Positions 1-13,699 of a stretch of DNA of 64,000 nt are shown piece by piece. The stretch's first letter is position 1, and the number at the start of each line of letters is the position of its first letter. Origin of the DNA: Adineta vaga. Its lineage: Eukaryota > Animalia > Rotifera. Position numbers and translations under genes: made by a program. The stretch lies in assembly GCA_021613535.1 (NCBI GenBank), contig CP075492.1, forward strand, positions 9,176,001 through 9,240,000, given 5' to 3'. Below the pieces are notes generated by a model. It was not told where the DNA came from. It did no database searches and saw nothing but the letters and a program-made list of their open reading frames with translations.

Positions 1-3000
1 AACGAAATAAAATACTTATACTATCACTAAAATAATTTGCTGTAACAATATCTAATTGATTATCTTGATTAAAATCAGCAAAAGCAGCAAAAATTGGATT
101 TGTATTAAAACCAATGAGATAACTTTTTAAAACTGCAAATTCACCATTTCCAAATCCATATAAAACAGCAAGATTTCCCAAATTATCATTTGATATTCCC
201 CAATCAGTAAGAATAATATCAAGTGAATTATCATTATTTAAATCAATAATAAATATTGAACTTATAAATGGTTGAGAAATAATCGAATACGTAATCATTG
301 AAGAAAATGTTCCATTGGAAGAACCAAAAAAGATTCCAATATTTGAACTTGTATCACCACCAATGACAATATCAATATTATTATCTCGATTTAAATCACC
401 TAATGCTAATGAACGTGGTGTAATAGAATTATTTGTTGAATAAATTATCTGTTGTCGAAATGATCCATTACCAAAACCAAAGAAAATTCCAATATTCATT
501 GTACCTGGATTAGCAACAATTAAATCCAAATATGTATCTTGATTTAAATCATCAACAAGAACATAACTTGGTAAAGATGAAATACCAGTTGATAATGTTC
601 TTCGACTTATTGGTGAATAATTTCCATCACCAAAATAAATTTCCAAACGATTTAATTCATCATTTGCAACAATAATATCAAGATTTTTATCATTATTTAA
701 ATCAGCCGAAGCAATGGAACGTGGACTAAATACTTGAGGACTTGTCCAATGTATTTGAGATTGAAATGATCCATTACCAAAACCAAGAAATATTCCCAAT
801 GTTTGTATATTATAATTACTAAGAATTATATCAAGATTATTATCATGATTAAAATCAATTAGAAGAATACAAGTTGATGAAGATGATGTTTCTAATAATA
901 ATGTAATTTCATTAGTAAATGATCCATTTCCATTTCCTAAATAAATATCAATAGTATCACCAAATTGATTAAGAACAACAATATCACTAAAATTATCATT
1001 ATTCAAATCAGCAACAACAACATAATTTGGACTTGGTGTTATACCTGATATTGAAATATCTTCTTTTCTATATGTTGGATAATTAAATGCAATAAAAAGA
1101 GCAAAATTATTTGTTCCTTCATTTGTAATTATCATATCAATCCATTGATCATGATTAAAATCACCTAATACAATTGAATTTGGTAATGATTGAGTTCCAG
1201 TTGAATATTTTATTGATTTATCAAATGTTCCATTTAAATTTCCATAAAAGATCTCAATATTATCTTGTAGATAATTTACAATAATTAAATCTGATTGATT
1301 ATCATGATTTACATCACCTACTTGTACATATTGTGGATTTGAATTGATTTCTGTTGAATATTTCAATGTTTTTCTTAGATTTTCATTTGAATAATTATAT
1401 AAAATTTCAATATTATCATTTCCGGGATTTGTTACAATAATTTCAATTTGTTGATCAAAATTTAAATCAGCTAATACAATTGACGATGGATGTGGACCAG
1501 AACCAGTTGAATATGTTTGATTATTTTGAAAATCTGATATAAAATTAACAAGAAGAATTGCAATATTATTTGAACGAGTATTTGAAACAATAATATCGAT
1601 TTGTTTATCTTTATTTATATCAGCAAATACAATTGATGATGGTTCAGATAAAGATCCAGTTGAAAATTTATATGATAAAATAAATTCATTAGTTAATGTT
1701 CCTAAAAGAATTGAAACACTTGAATCCCATAGATTAACAACACCAATATCAAATATTTTATCATTATTAAAATCAATTATTGCTAATGACCATGGATAAG
1801 ATCCAATACCAATTGAATAACGAATTATATTTGTAAAATTATTATTATTTAATCCATAAAGTATTCCAATACAATAAGTTAATGGAGAAGTATAAATAAT
1901 ATCTAATTGATTATCTTGATTTAAATCTTTTACAATTAAATCTGATGGTTTATCATTATTTGTTGAAATATATTTATTATTTGAAAATATTCCATTCGAA
2001 TTTCCAAATAAAATACATAAATTTTGACTTTGATAATTTGCAATTATAATATCATTAATTTGATCATAATTAATATCATCAATTTTAAAAGAAATATAAT
2101 TTGAACCACTTTCAATTGAATAATTTCTTTCCTTAATAAATATTCCATTTCCATTTCCAATAAAAATCAAAATATTATTTGTAAGAATATTTCCAATAAG
2201 AATATCTAAATTTGTATCATTATTTAAATCAATTAAATTAATTGAATAAGGAAATGAATTTTCACCTGTTGAATAACGATTTCCATATTCAAATGTTCCA
2301 TTTCCATTTCCAATTAAAATTAAAATTTCACTTTGATTTGTTAAAACAACAATTAAATCAAGTTTATTATCATTATTTATATCACCAATTGCAAATGACC
2401 TTGGTTCACTGAAATCTCCAGTTGTATAAAATGTTATATTTCCAAATATTTCATTTCTTTCTCCCATTAATATTCCAATTGTATTTGTATCACGATTAAT
2501 AACAATCATATCTAATTGATTATCATTATTTAAATCAATAACATCAACACGTACTGAATAACCATTGGATTCTGTTGGATATTTTAATAAATTTATTATT
2601 GGATTTGATTTATATTGATTTAAAAATAAAAAATTATTATAATTAAAATTTGTAAGAATAACATCAGATTGATTATCATGATCAAAATCATTTATTATTA
2701 TTGATGATATTTCTGATTGATATTCTAATAAATGTTTTGTTATTAATGTTAATGTTTTATTATTATTTTGTTCAAATATTATTAAATTATTCATTTCAGA
2801 ATTAATTATAATTAAATCTATTTTATTATCACGATTAAAATCACCTTTATTTATTAAATTTGGTTTAGAATTTAATCCAGTTGAATAAATTATTTGATTT
2901 GTAAATGTTCCATTATTAAATCCATAAAATATTCCAATATTATCATTTCCTGAATTTGCTATACCAATATCCATATAATAATCATTGTTTAAATCAGCAA

Positions 3001-4052
3001 TTATTATTGAACATGGTTTTGATCCTTTTCCAGTTGAATAAACAAATTTATTAAGAAATCTTCCATCACCATTACCAAGTAAAATCATTAAATTATCTAT
3101 TCCATAATTAACAATAACAATATCAAGATAAAAATCATTATTTAAATCAGCAATATCCATTGAATACGGAATTGAATCATAACCCATAAAATATGAAGTG
3201 AAGATTTCAAATGATCCATCAAAAGAACCTAATAATATAAGTAAATTTGATGTTCCATTATTAATAACAGCAATATCAATATAACTATCATTATTAAAAT
3301 TACCAATGGATAATGATATTGGACGAGATGAACCAAGTGAAATCATTCGATGATTAGAAAAATATCCATTTCCATCACCATAACAAATACCAAGACTATT
3401 ATAACCATAATATGCAATTATAATATCAAGTTTATTATCTTGATTAAAATCTTCAATAGCAATGGAATATGGACGAGATTTATATCCAGTAAAATATGTT
3501 CTTTGATTAGTAAATGTTCCATTTGGATAACCAAGAAAAATACCAATACTATCAGTTTCAGAATTAGCAACGATTAAATCAATTTCAGTATCATTATTCA
3601 AATCACCACTAACAACTTGTTTTGGACGAGAATTATAACCTGTTAAACTTTGAATTGTTCGTTTGAATGTTAATTCACAAATTTTATCTAAATTAATTCA
3701 AAAAATTAACATTTTCTATACAGACAAATAAAACAGACAAACTTGTTTCTTTTTGTGAACCATAATAAACTGTCAGAATACCAATAATAATTGATATACA
3801 TACAAATATTCCAAATGCAATCAGAAGTATTCTATATAATCCTTTGGACCAAAATAAACTTCCTCTGAATACAAAAAGAAATTACATTTGAAAATAAAAA
3901 ATCAATTCATACTTAGGTAATAGAAATAAACCTTCTTTTTCTGACTTTTTATCAACTTTAGAAGTTACATTTTGCACCGGTCGTTCAATACCAGAATCAG
4001 ATATTCGAAAAATTTCATCATATTCCGATCGTTCGAGTTCAATAAGACTCAT
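1..4052 (-). CDS. Type II membrane protein with a long FG-GAP/VCBS (Ca-binding beta-propeller) repeat ectodomain; 3' end lies outside the window
   Basis: Exons 4052-3932 (MSLIELERSEYDE...), 3862-3743 (TM helix LLIAFGIFVCISIIIGILTVYY) and 3687-1, all phase-consistent. The last exon is one open frame of about 1230 codons with many repeats like RPKQVVSGDLNNDTEIDLIVANS and ADFNQDNQLDIVTAN. It is absent from the ORF track, consistent with no stop inside the window. Confidence 0.9.
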
Positions 4053-6353
4053 TTCAATCTACAAAGATCAATTGTATGCATATAAAAACATAGATATCAA
4101 AATAAATCCTTTCTCTAGATACGATGATAAGAAATCAGCGAAGCATACAGTAATGTAAATATATTTCATTATCAATTAAGGAAAAAAAAATTTTCTTAAA
4201 TATTTCTCGCTGACTTCCATCATAGTACTTAAATCTAATGTTGATTGGTATCGAGAATTTCCATTTCACTAATGAATACAATATCTGTACTTCGTATAAT
4301 ATATATATTATATCGTTAGATTATAGAATTTGTCGACAAGTGATCATTGAAATTATTTTGAAATAAAAATCAATAACTGGTTAAGTTTACATTTGACACA
4401 GATCTAAATAAGAATCTCTGTTCGATTTCTAAATTATATTTGATCAATAATTTTTATCTTTGGATCAAAATGCACTTATACTCGAATGAATGATATATAT
4501 GTTTTGCATCGAGGCACTTTTTTTATTTTGATATTTATCTAAAGAATAAAGGCTTGTCACTTGAAATTATGTCATAATATAATTAATGGTTGATGAGATA
4601 TTCATCTATCTAGTTATGTACTTTCCGCATCAATAAGGTCTGCTTTTGACCGGGTGAAAAATCCTGAAACATTCCCGATATTCATCATTTAAAAAGGGTA
4701 ATGTTTTTATGATTTTATTATCGATGATCTAGAAATAATTGTTTTTAATTAGAACGAATGTTTTCGTCATCACTTTCATCAATTGTGACTACTTATATCT
4801 ATTTCACTTCGCAATCATAAATTAATTCAGTGTCGTAATATAAAACATTTTAAAATATAATCTATTACTTTATGTTTATCTTTCGTGAACAAAACAGAAG
4901 TAAAGACATTGACTATCATAAAGATAAGTAACATTTTTCGAAGACTAATAATGAAAATATTATCCATAAATAACAGATATTTGATCGATATATCTAATCT
5001 CGGATACGCTCTGAATAACTTAAACATCTGATAAAAAAAAAGTTTCTTTGTCATTGAAAGTAAAGAAATGTATTAATCGAAAAACAGTTTAGAACATTTC
5101 CAGTACAGTTTATAATACTGATTAGACTATTATTTATTATCATACTTAGCGATAAATCTAGTTAAGGTAATATCTCATTTCGAGCACTGCATTACCTGAC
5201 AATATCATGACGAAGGTCATATATCTAGAGAAGAAAATATTTTGATTAACGATGAATGTATAATGTTTTTCGATTCATATCGATGTTGCTTGTGTTTCTT
5301 CGCAATCACTTTGAGATAATATTGAAAAAATATTTTCCGGTTCATAAATTTCATTAATTAGTTTCTGCATAATTAATAACGTCAAGTAAATAGCCGAAAC
5401 ATTGATTGAATGAATAATAAATATGCCCTTTAAGTCTAAGTGTTGCATATTTCGAGAAAACCCTAGAATATCTCAGTTTTTCGCAGATAGAAAATAGAAT
5501 AATTGTACTCAGCAAAGCTTCGCATTCGTTCGCGGAAGCGCAAATGTCGTGCCACTTTCTAATTTTCAGTTAACAGCCAAATAAGCTTGAATAGTCCGTT
5601 TTATCTTTCATCTTGTCCATTATATCGTTTATTTTATCACCAACTAAAATAAACATGATGCATTTTTTGCCTATCCTAAATTTTGGTGAAACTATGAGTT
5701 AGGGTAATCTAGTATGATTCATTAACTAGAAATAATGATAGAGTAACTTATTGTATTGAATTTTTTCGCGTTGAAAGGTAGTTGATGTATTTATTTCAAT
5801 TCGCACGTTAACGACTATAACTAGATGTACTTCTCTTTTAAATGTAAGCTCTTTATCTATAATTTATGTTTAAATAAAAGTTAGAAACGATGATTGATTG
5901 ATATAGTTACGAAAGATAAAACGTTTTTCCGATAGACGTCATTTATCGCTCGTATCATCATCATGAATCCTCGTATTTTGTTAGTTGAAAGATTCTATGG
6001 GACTAACCGATTTGCCATAGATCATGATTAATTCTCATAAGTTTATCAAAATACAACAGACTTCAATGAATTTCGAAATATCTCGTGACCTACCTTTGTC
6101 CTTTTTTTGATTATGCACTCGAAAATACATAGCAAATCAAATATATTTTCTTCTATGTCAGCTTTGGATGTATAACACATCAAAATATGAATGAAATCAA
6201 AACGTGATTGCATTGACTATTCATCTCGATTTGACGAAGAACGTTTGAGTAGAAGAATACTTGCTTTGCATAAATGATGTTTATAGTTCTATCCTATTGA
6301 TTCATTTTCTCTTTTTTAGGTGATTTCTCGAAAATCATTGTTCTTATTTGTTT

Positions 6354-9281
6354 ATGGCAACTACAAAACTTTCATTTGACACGGAGATGGATCTCATAGA
6401 GGTTGAAGAAGATGTTGAACCATCATTGTAAGTACGATTTTTATTTCTACAATAACTTTTGTAAGACAAAATCTAAAAGAAATCGTATTCATCGATGCTT
6501 TAATGAGACTACAAAGCTTAAAACAATAAGAAGTTCATTTAGTGATCAAGTAGATATATATTTATATACTGCTTAACTGACAGAAAGCAAGGCTAAACAA
6601 ACTGTTATGAAACATCGATTTATCGTCATATGCCGAAGATTAGTTACGAATAAAGGAATATATGAGTTAAAATTGGATTGAAATTTGTATCATTTTCTTA
6701 AATATACTTTTGTATCATTTGATAATGTTATAAGCGTACCTTTCGCTTCTTTCTTTCAATAAGTAATTTAAGCAGATATTAAATTATTGCTCTTTCGAAA
6801 TAATCTATTATTTTCATTTCATAGTTTGGAAAGACGATCAGGTGGATTAATCATCTGTGTGATATTTTTAATCGTCTTCTCTGTGTGCATTGTTTTGATT
6901 CCATCATTGCTATCAGTATATCTTTCTGATATTAGCGTCGCTGTCAAGAAGTCTAATGCAACTGGTATTTTCTTACGTTCCACTATATTACATGTATTCT
7001 CCTTTTTATTTCTTTTCATTACAGCTGGAGATCCATGGTCATTGAAATATCTGACAAATCTAACAAGTCTTCACTCAATTGTTACTCGTGGTATTTCACC
7101 ATACGACAAATCATCATTGGGTAGATCGGTAAGTAAATTGTTTACACACGGTTGACAACAGAAAACAAGATCTGGTCATTATTATTTGAGATAACTAGAT
7201 AAAATGACGCATGGAGAATGAATGAATTATTTGTCTGATATCACCTGAAGTGACAGATAAAAAACTTTCAATGTGTTTCATGGATTTATTTCAACTAAAA
7301 TGTCTCATACTGCATAAAAAAGGTCAAAACAACAGTTAATTATTCGGAAAATTACTTTTGAATAAAAATCATGTTTTAAAATTTGAGTTTTTTAGAGCTG
7401 ATCAATTTGAACATTTCTTAAATGAAATCAATGATTATTCTTCTTTTCATTTAGTTTGATAGATCTATGTCATTCAGATCCGGTACAGTAATAATTTTTA
7501 CATGTACCTTAGATGTAGAAGACGATCGGAAACGTCGTCGTCGTCGTCAGTAGGTTATCGTTATTTTATAATAATAAAGATTATATTAACTATCATTATT
7601 TTCATTTACTGACAGAGATATAACAGAGAAATCTTCCGCAATTTATATGAATCTTATTGTACGTGCACAATATCCTCAACAATGTGCTGGTGTTGTTCAA
7701 TGTCAAAAATCGTTTCAACAGCAGGTTTTTTCAAAGTTTATGAGTACTCGAACGCTTTCTCTCTCGCCAGAATTAATCAATGGTCGAATTCTACCTATTG
7801 AACTTAAACTTGTGACTCTCATTGAAAATTATGGTACGTATGAATGTAAAAGTACTCTTACGGTTAGAAAAAAAATTGTATAATTAGACATTATTGAATG
7901 TTCTGTTGAGTCATGTTAAAAAAAACTATCTATACAATGGAAGAGAAATTCTAGAGGAGCTTAGTGAATTTGAAATCGAGAAACTATATAAAAATCGTTT
8001 TTTCTAGTGTCCACGACAGCTGAAGTGCAATCATTATCTACCGAAACAAGTTCAACGCTAACCAGCACCATATCGACTACAATTACAACTACAACAACAA
8101 GCACAACTTCAACGTCAACAACAAGCACAACTTCAACGTCAACAACAAGCACAAGCACAACATCAACCACAACTGATACAACGACAGACACAACGACAGA
8201 CACAACGACAGACACGACAACGGATACAACAACGGATACAACAACGGATACAACAACAGACACAACAACAGATACGACAAACTATATGGCAGGAGGCACG
8301 ACAGGTAGGATAAGAACAATTAATAGTCGGTAGATTATGCTCATATTGGCTGAGGGTGTGGATTTACATGAGGCTATAATAACTGCTTTCGCTCTCACCC
8401 ATCTCCACACAGTCCAGAAGAGATGTTAATCAGTTAGAATTCTTTTCCATTCAATGTAACAAGTTTTTTTTTCGTAGGACCTACATGTTATAATGGCAAA
8501 GATAAAGTTCGATTAATAGATGGAAATGAACGTTCAATAGAACATTTACAAATTGGTGATCGTATTTGGACAATAAGTGCAAATGGTAAATTCTTAGTAG
8601 AAGATGAAATTATTTTAATGATGCATAATGGAACAAATATGCCAGGTATTTGATTTGATTTAATTCTGAAAAACTAACATTTTAAAAATAAATTTCTAGC
8701 ATTATTTTATACATTTGAAACAATCGATGGTAATAACATTAGTATAACAGAACGACATTATATTCCAGTTTATGATGAAAATTTGAAAGAAATTCGAATT
8801 CTACGTGCATCATTCGTTAAACGAGAACATTATTTAATAATGAATAATAAAAAAATCACAATTAAAAATATTACAATAAATACACAAATTGGTTTTTATG
8901 CTCCACTAACACTTTCTGGTTATCTAACAGTGAATAATATTTCAACAGTAGTCTTTTCAGATTGGTAAGCATCCTCTTGCTTCTGGAGTTCTGAATAATC
9001 AATCGATAATTTGTTTCTCTTTTTTAAGGTATAAAGTGTCATCTGAAACCATTCAAATTGTCTTTCTTCCAATTCGTATTTATTATCATTTAACTCGATG
9101 GATTTTTGGTAAGAATTATATTCCATTTAAAGAAATAACAGAAGGAGTTCATCCAATATCTCGATTTTATTCCGAAGATCTTGTCAAATTTCGATTTTTT
9201 ATTGAAATTCCTGTATATGTATACTTCACAATTATTCTTATTGCATCATTCTCATATTTACAAAAACATTCAATGAAATAA
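6354..9281 (+). CDS. Hedgehog-related Hog (Hint + SRR-like) domain protein with N-terminal signal anchor, polybasic site and Thr-rich stalk, about 537 aa
   Basis: Nine phase-consistent exons: 6354-6427, 6825-6964, 7025-7128, 7455-7549, 7616-7833, 8008-8304, 8478-8645, 8700-8964, 9029-9281. Hint motifs: CYNGKDKVRLIDGNERSIEHLQIGDRI, ITERH (TxxH), GFYAPLTLSGYLTVNN. SRR-like IVFLPIR...GVHP follows. Confidence 0.85.
8085..8281 (+). repeat. Coding tandem repeat: TSTTS units, then about 9 x 12-nt units encoding TTTD (mucin-like stalk)
   Basis: Repeats such as ACAACGACAGAC and ACAACGGATACA are read directly in the sequence. Confidence 0.9.
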
Positions 9282-10071
9282 AATTTCATTAATAACTTAT
9301 TCTTTTCAATAAATATATATATATATATATTCTTCTACGTGTATGTTCATTTTCAAAAATCGAAAATTTAGTTATTGCGATGAATAATCTCACGCAATCA
9401 AGTGATTAAGGTAATTATTCGATAGAAAATATATTTAAAAAAAACGTCAATTCGTTTTTTTCTTCTTCTTCTTCAAGCCACATTGTGTTATCATTACTGA
9501 AATATTTCTAGCACCTATATATGATTTCTTTATGAATGAATTTGTCACTCGTATTAAAGTGTTATTTATATTGAATATCATTCTTCATCCAATGTTGAAC
9601 ATGTTCATCTCTGCATGTGTTTGTTCTTTAATCATTGATTCGGAAGAATATAAAAATGAATGAATATTCTCTCTTTCTTTTCACCTTATTATTGTAATAA
9701 CAAATTTTATTGCTCAAACATTCAGATTCATGTTTTAATTTGATTGTATTTGCCATTCAACCTGATCTATATCATTTCTTTCTCTCTTTCGTTCTCAACA
9801 GGTGAAAAGTCTACAATACCCATGAGGTGGTCTTAACATTAAAAAAAGAAGGAAAGGAAAAAGAACGAACAAACAAATTGATGAATGAAAAGAAAAGAAA
9901 AGAAGCATTACTCCGATTGGATAAAACAAACGAGAAAAAAATTCACATTAATAACACCAATCAAATTGACGTCTTCTTTCCTTCTTTCTTTCTTCTTCTA
10001 TACTCTTCAACTCAGGTGTTACAATTCAATGTGTCGATAAGTTTATTACATTACAAACAAACAAAACGTCA

Positions 10072-11408
10072 ATGCCACGACCAGGAAAATCGTCATATTC
10101 AGATGAAAAACCTCCGTATTCATACATAGCTCTAACAGCAATGGCTATTCAACAAAGTCCAGATAAAATGTTACCACTAAGTGACATTTATAAAGTAAGA
10201 GAGATACATTTCTCAATTCAATCTATTCATTTTCTTTTTCTAGTTTATTACTGATCGATTTCCATACTATCGTACAAATACACAAAAATGGCAAAATTCT
10301 CTACGACATAATTTATCATTTAATGATTGTTTCATTAAAATTCCACGTCGTCTTGATCGACCTGGTAAAGGCAATTTTTGGGCATTACATAGCAAGTAAG
10401 TCATAGAGAATTTCTTTTTCCATATGTTTGATAATGGTTGACTTCTTTTATTTGATCATTGTGACTAAGTCTTTTAACAATATCAAATCAAAAAAACGAA
10501 TCACAGCATGAGCTTGAATCACTAAATAGATGGATATATTTACATACATTTACACTCTGAAGCAATGAGATGAAAAGAAATTGCTTTTTGAACACGTGTA
10601 TTTTGTAAATCGTTTTAATTGTCGGATGATTAATCAATAGAAAATGTTCAACTGAGTGAAAGAAGTTCAAGGTTTTTATGTTTAATAGATTTTATGGGAA
10701 AAAAATCAATAAAATCCATTTGTTTTCTCTTTTTTCGTAACATATTATCATTCAAATGATCTTCTTGTTGATCAAATATACTCATAAATTGAATAGAACA
10801 GAAGCCGTTATTTGAAGGAAAAAAAACAACAACACATCGACGTGTGAATGTACATCTTGTCAAACACTTAACGAATCGCATCTCTTTTCACCTGTTTTCT
10901 CTCATATACATACACATGTATCATTGAATGTAAACGATCTTGTTTTTGTTTGATCTTTGCGGTCTATATTGTTTGTCAAGTAGCATCTCTTACAATCAAT
11001 AAGATTTTTTTGTTAATTACTATAATTAGATCTGAATATATTTTGTTTTTCATTGATTAAAGGTGTCGAGATATGTTTGAAAATGGAAGTTATTTACGAC
11101 GACGAAAACGTTTTAAATTATTCAAACAAAAAATTGTTCACGAAGAAGAAGAAGAAGAAGAGAAAGATATTATACATACGAAACCTGTCCGTACAAAAAC
11201 ATCATTTTTTATTGATAATCTTCTTGCAAATGATACCAGTACAAATACAAGTTTTACAACAACTACAACTACGTCATCATCATCGCCAACAACAACAACG
11301 GAAACAATACATCCATCACCACCACAGATGTTTTATACAACTGATTTTGATCTAATACGTCAATTGGTTTTATTCACTGAAAGTCAACATCCAAAATCTT
11401 ATTGGTAA
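10072..11408 (+). CDS. FoxB: Forkhead box B transcription factor
   Basis: Exons 10072-10194, 10244-10395, 11063-11408 give [27 protein letters not shown]...[21 protein letters not shown]...[15 protein letters not shown]. The MPRPG start is typical of FoxB. eh1-like FFIDNLL lies downstream. Confidence 0.93.
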
Positions 11409-12109
11409 AAAAGAAACTTCACTTTAGTATGATTATTTTTTTTTCGTATGTTGTTAACTTGACACATCATCAATTTTTTTTTCTTGTGTAAAAGAAAATG
11501 CTGGCATGGTTCATTTACGTCTAATGACTTTCTTTCTTTCTTTCTTTATGTTCTTGACATCGAAATACGAGAAGTATATGTGATGAAGTTGTCAGAAGAA
11601 ACAACAATTGAATACATGTCACTACCTGAAAGACATGGCTTGATTGGAAGATGATGATCGATGAACATGAATCACCTGAGAATTTCAATATTGAAACATT
11701 TTTCTTTGTCATCATCTTCAGTTGGCAGTATCATTACTGAAGATTGGATAGCGGATGAAATCAAAGAGAAAAATGAACTCTCAAAAGAGAATTAGAAGAT
11801 ATGTCATTGAGATTTGACCGGAGAAGAAATGTGTCTTTATTTTTAATTACTTTTTCCTTTTCCGTATTTGAAGTTCCGATCGTTGAATTAATATCATGGA
11901 ATAATTTCTCAAGATAAGTTGTAAGCAGGAAATATTTTAACTATGAATTAAGCTCAATTTATTGTCATTCTTTCATAGTCTAATTTCATGTGTTCAAACA
12001 AAATGATAAGTATTTAATAATCATTCATCGACAGAGAAAGAATTAGTTCGTTAATGAAAATCTTTTATTATACAAATAATAACTAACGTAAGAAAAACGA
12101 AAAGTTTTA

Positions 12110-12830
12110 TCAACGAAACCAAGTCGATAGACCAGGTCGATGAATAGTCAACGCTTTTTGTTTCTCTACTGCTGTTGTCATACGTTTTTCGTCTTTAACA
12201 AGATCATCCGATGGCAATCGACCACGCCATAAATCAGGAAATGGAAATGTTTCATTCTTCTACAAAAAACAATCAAATTTCAATTAGTAAGAAAAAAAAG
12301 AGTTAATCAATTTTTACCAAAAATACATAAGCATATTTTCGATCTGGATCAGGATCAATTATTTCCGATGTAACTGGATGCCGATTTTCCTTTCCTAAGA
12401 GTAAATCATTTCTATAACTATCACACAAAACGACAATCCATGATTATTATTCAAACCTTGTTTAATAAGTGTTGTTATATCCAATGTTTCAATTTTATAA
12501 ATCTTTTCTAAATATTGTTTTATATCATTTTTAGTCATTCTAAAAGAAACACCAGAGAATTTGTTATGAAAGGAAAAGAAGCGATCTTACTCAATATGAC
12601 ATTCAAAACGAACAATGTTTGGTCTTAATGGACGATTTTCTTCGGGCCTCACAATTCGCATCCAAAATTGTGGAAAGAATATTCGATGTTTCGGATCACC
12701 TGGTTGCCATTTTGGATACCGAGGTGTCATTGATTTGTAAAGATATTGACTAAATTAAATAGCATTGTCTAAATAGTTACTTTTTGTTTTTTAATTGAAT
12801 TATTTCTTACAGATGTGCTGGTAAACGCAT
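12110..12830 (-). CDS. MRPL23: Mitochondrial ribosomal protein L23 (uL23m)
   Basis: Multi-exon gene encoding YPKWQPGDPKHRIFFPQFWMRIV...VRFECHIEMTKNDIKQYLEKIYKI and ending PGLSTWFR*. Confidence 0.88.
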
Positions 12831-13699
12831 TTCGACACTAGAGATGATAGTTGAAGAAAAAAAAATATTAATAAAAAATATACTACACTTCGGTAGAATC
12901 CACAGTTTACATCCAGGATATGTACAATATAATATGATTGACTATAGTTGTCACTAGTTGATGATTGTTATCTTTATAGATCTGAATTGAAGAAGTATTC
13001 ATCAATTGGAACCGTTCAATTCATATACATATCTTATTCATTCTGTAACGGTTCCATTCTCAGCCCACTGTAGTACGTACATAATTCACCATAAAATGCA
13101 AATAGCAAAACAACAAACTCTTAAACTATTTTGAACAATGACGAAGAGCAATCTGTAATTACCAAAGCTCGAGTCGAAAATTCTAGGACTTATTATTAAA
13201 GCTACCATCTATTCTTTATAAGTATCAATAAATAATGATTAAATCTTCCGTCTCCTTCTCGAATTTCTACTAATCGATTCAACATAATCTACGGTTTACA
13301 ATTTCACTGAAATCTTTTTCTACATGAAATTGTTTATTGTTATTCAATGTTCGGATGAATTTTTTTTTCTTCTAAATTTCAATTTTAAAATTAAATGAAA
13401 TTATATTTTTCATCATTTCAAAAGTTTAAAACAAAATTTTCATTGGTTTTCATTTCTCCAATGGTCATCATTGTTTGGTTTGAAAAAAAAACGTAACGTA
13501 ACATATACAACATACCTGACAAGATGTGACTTATTATAACAAAAAATTAATCTTTCGTTAAACTTGATGAAATATCAAACGAAACCTTGTCATTAATTGA
13601 TACTTAGTCACATGTTTTTCTCATTAGTTTTAGTATAAGAAACCAAAGGTGAAAAGGTCAGCTGATCAAAAGTTCATTCTGTTTCTCTATTGATTTTAG

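Noticed and set aside
7483-7512. Possible 30-nt GT-AG intron in the Hog gene
   Set aside because: Shorter than the other introns here and reads through in frame (GTVIIFTCTL), so I treated it as coding.
8170-8281. Short direct repeats as a CRISPR-like array
   Set aside because: 12-nt coding tandem units with no spacers, in a eukaryotic gene.
7961-8319. Minus-strand Val- and Leu-rich ORFs
   Set aside because: Antisense shadows of the Thr-rich repeat exon.
8478-8964. Hint domain as a true intein or a canonical hedgehog gene
   Set aside because: No C-terminal His-Asn splice junction or homing endonuclease, and no Hedge signalling domain upstream. It has the Hog-type YAPLT motif and an SRR-like tail.
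11521-11900. Possible small minus-strand gene between FoxB and MRPL23
   Set aside because: Candidate exons do not join in phase and show no recognisable motif.
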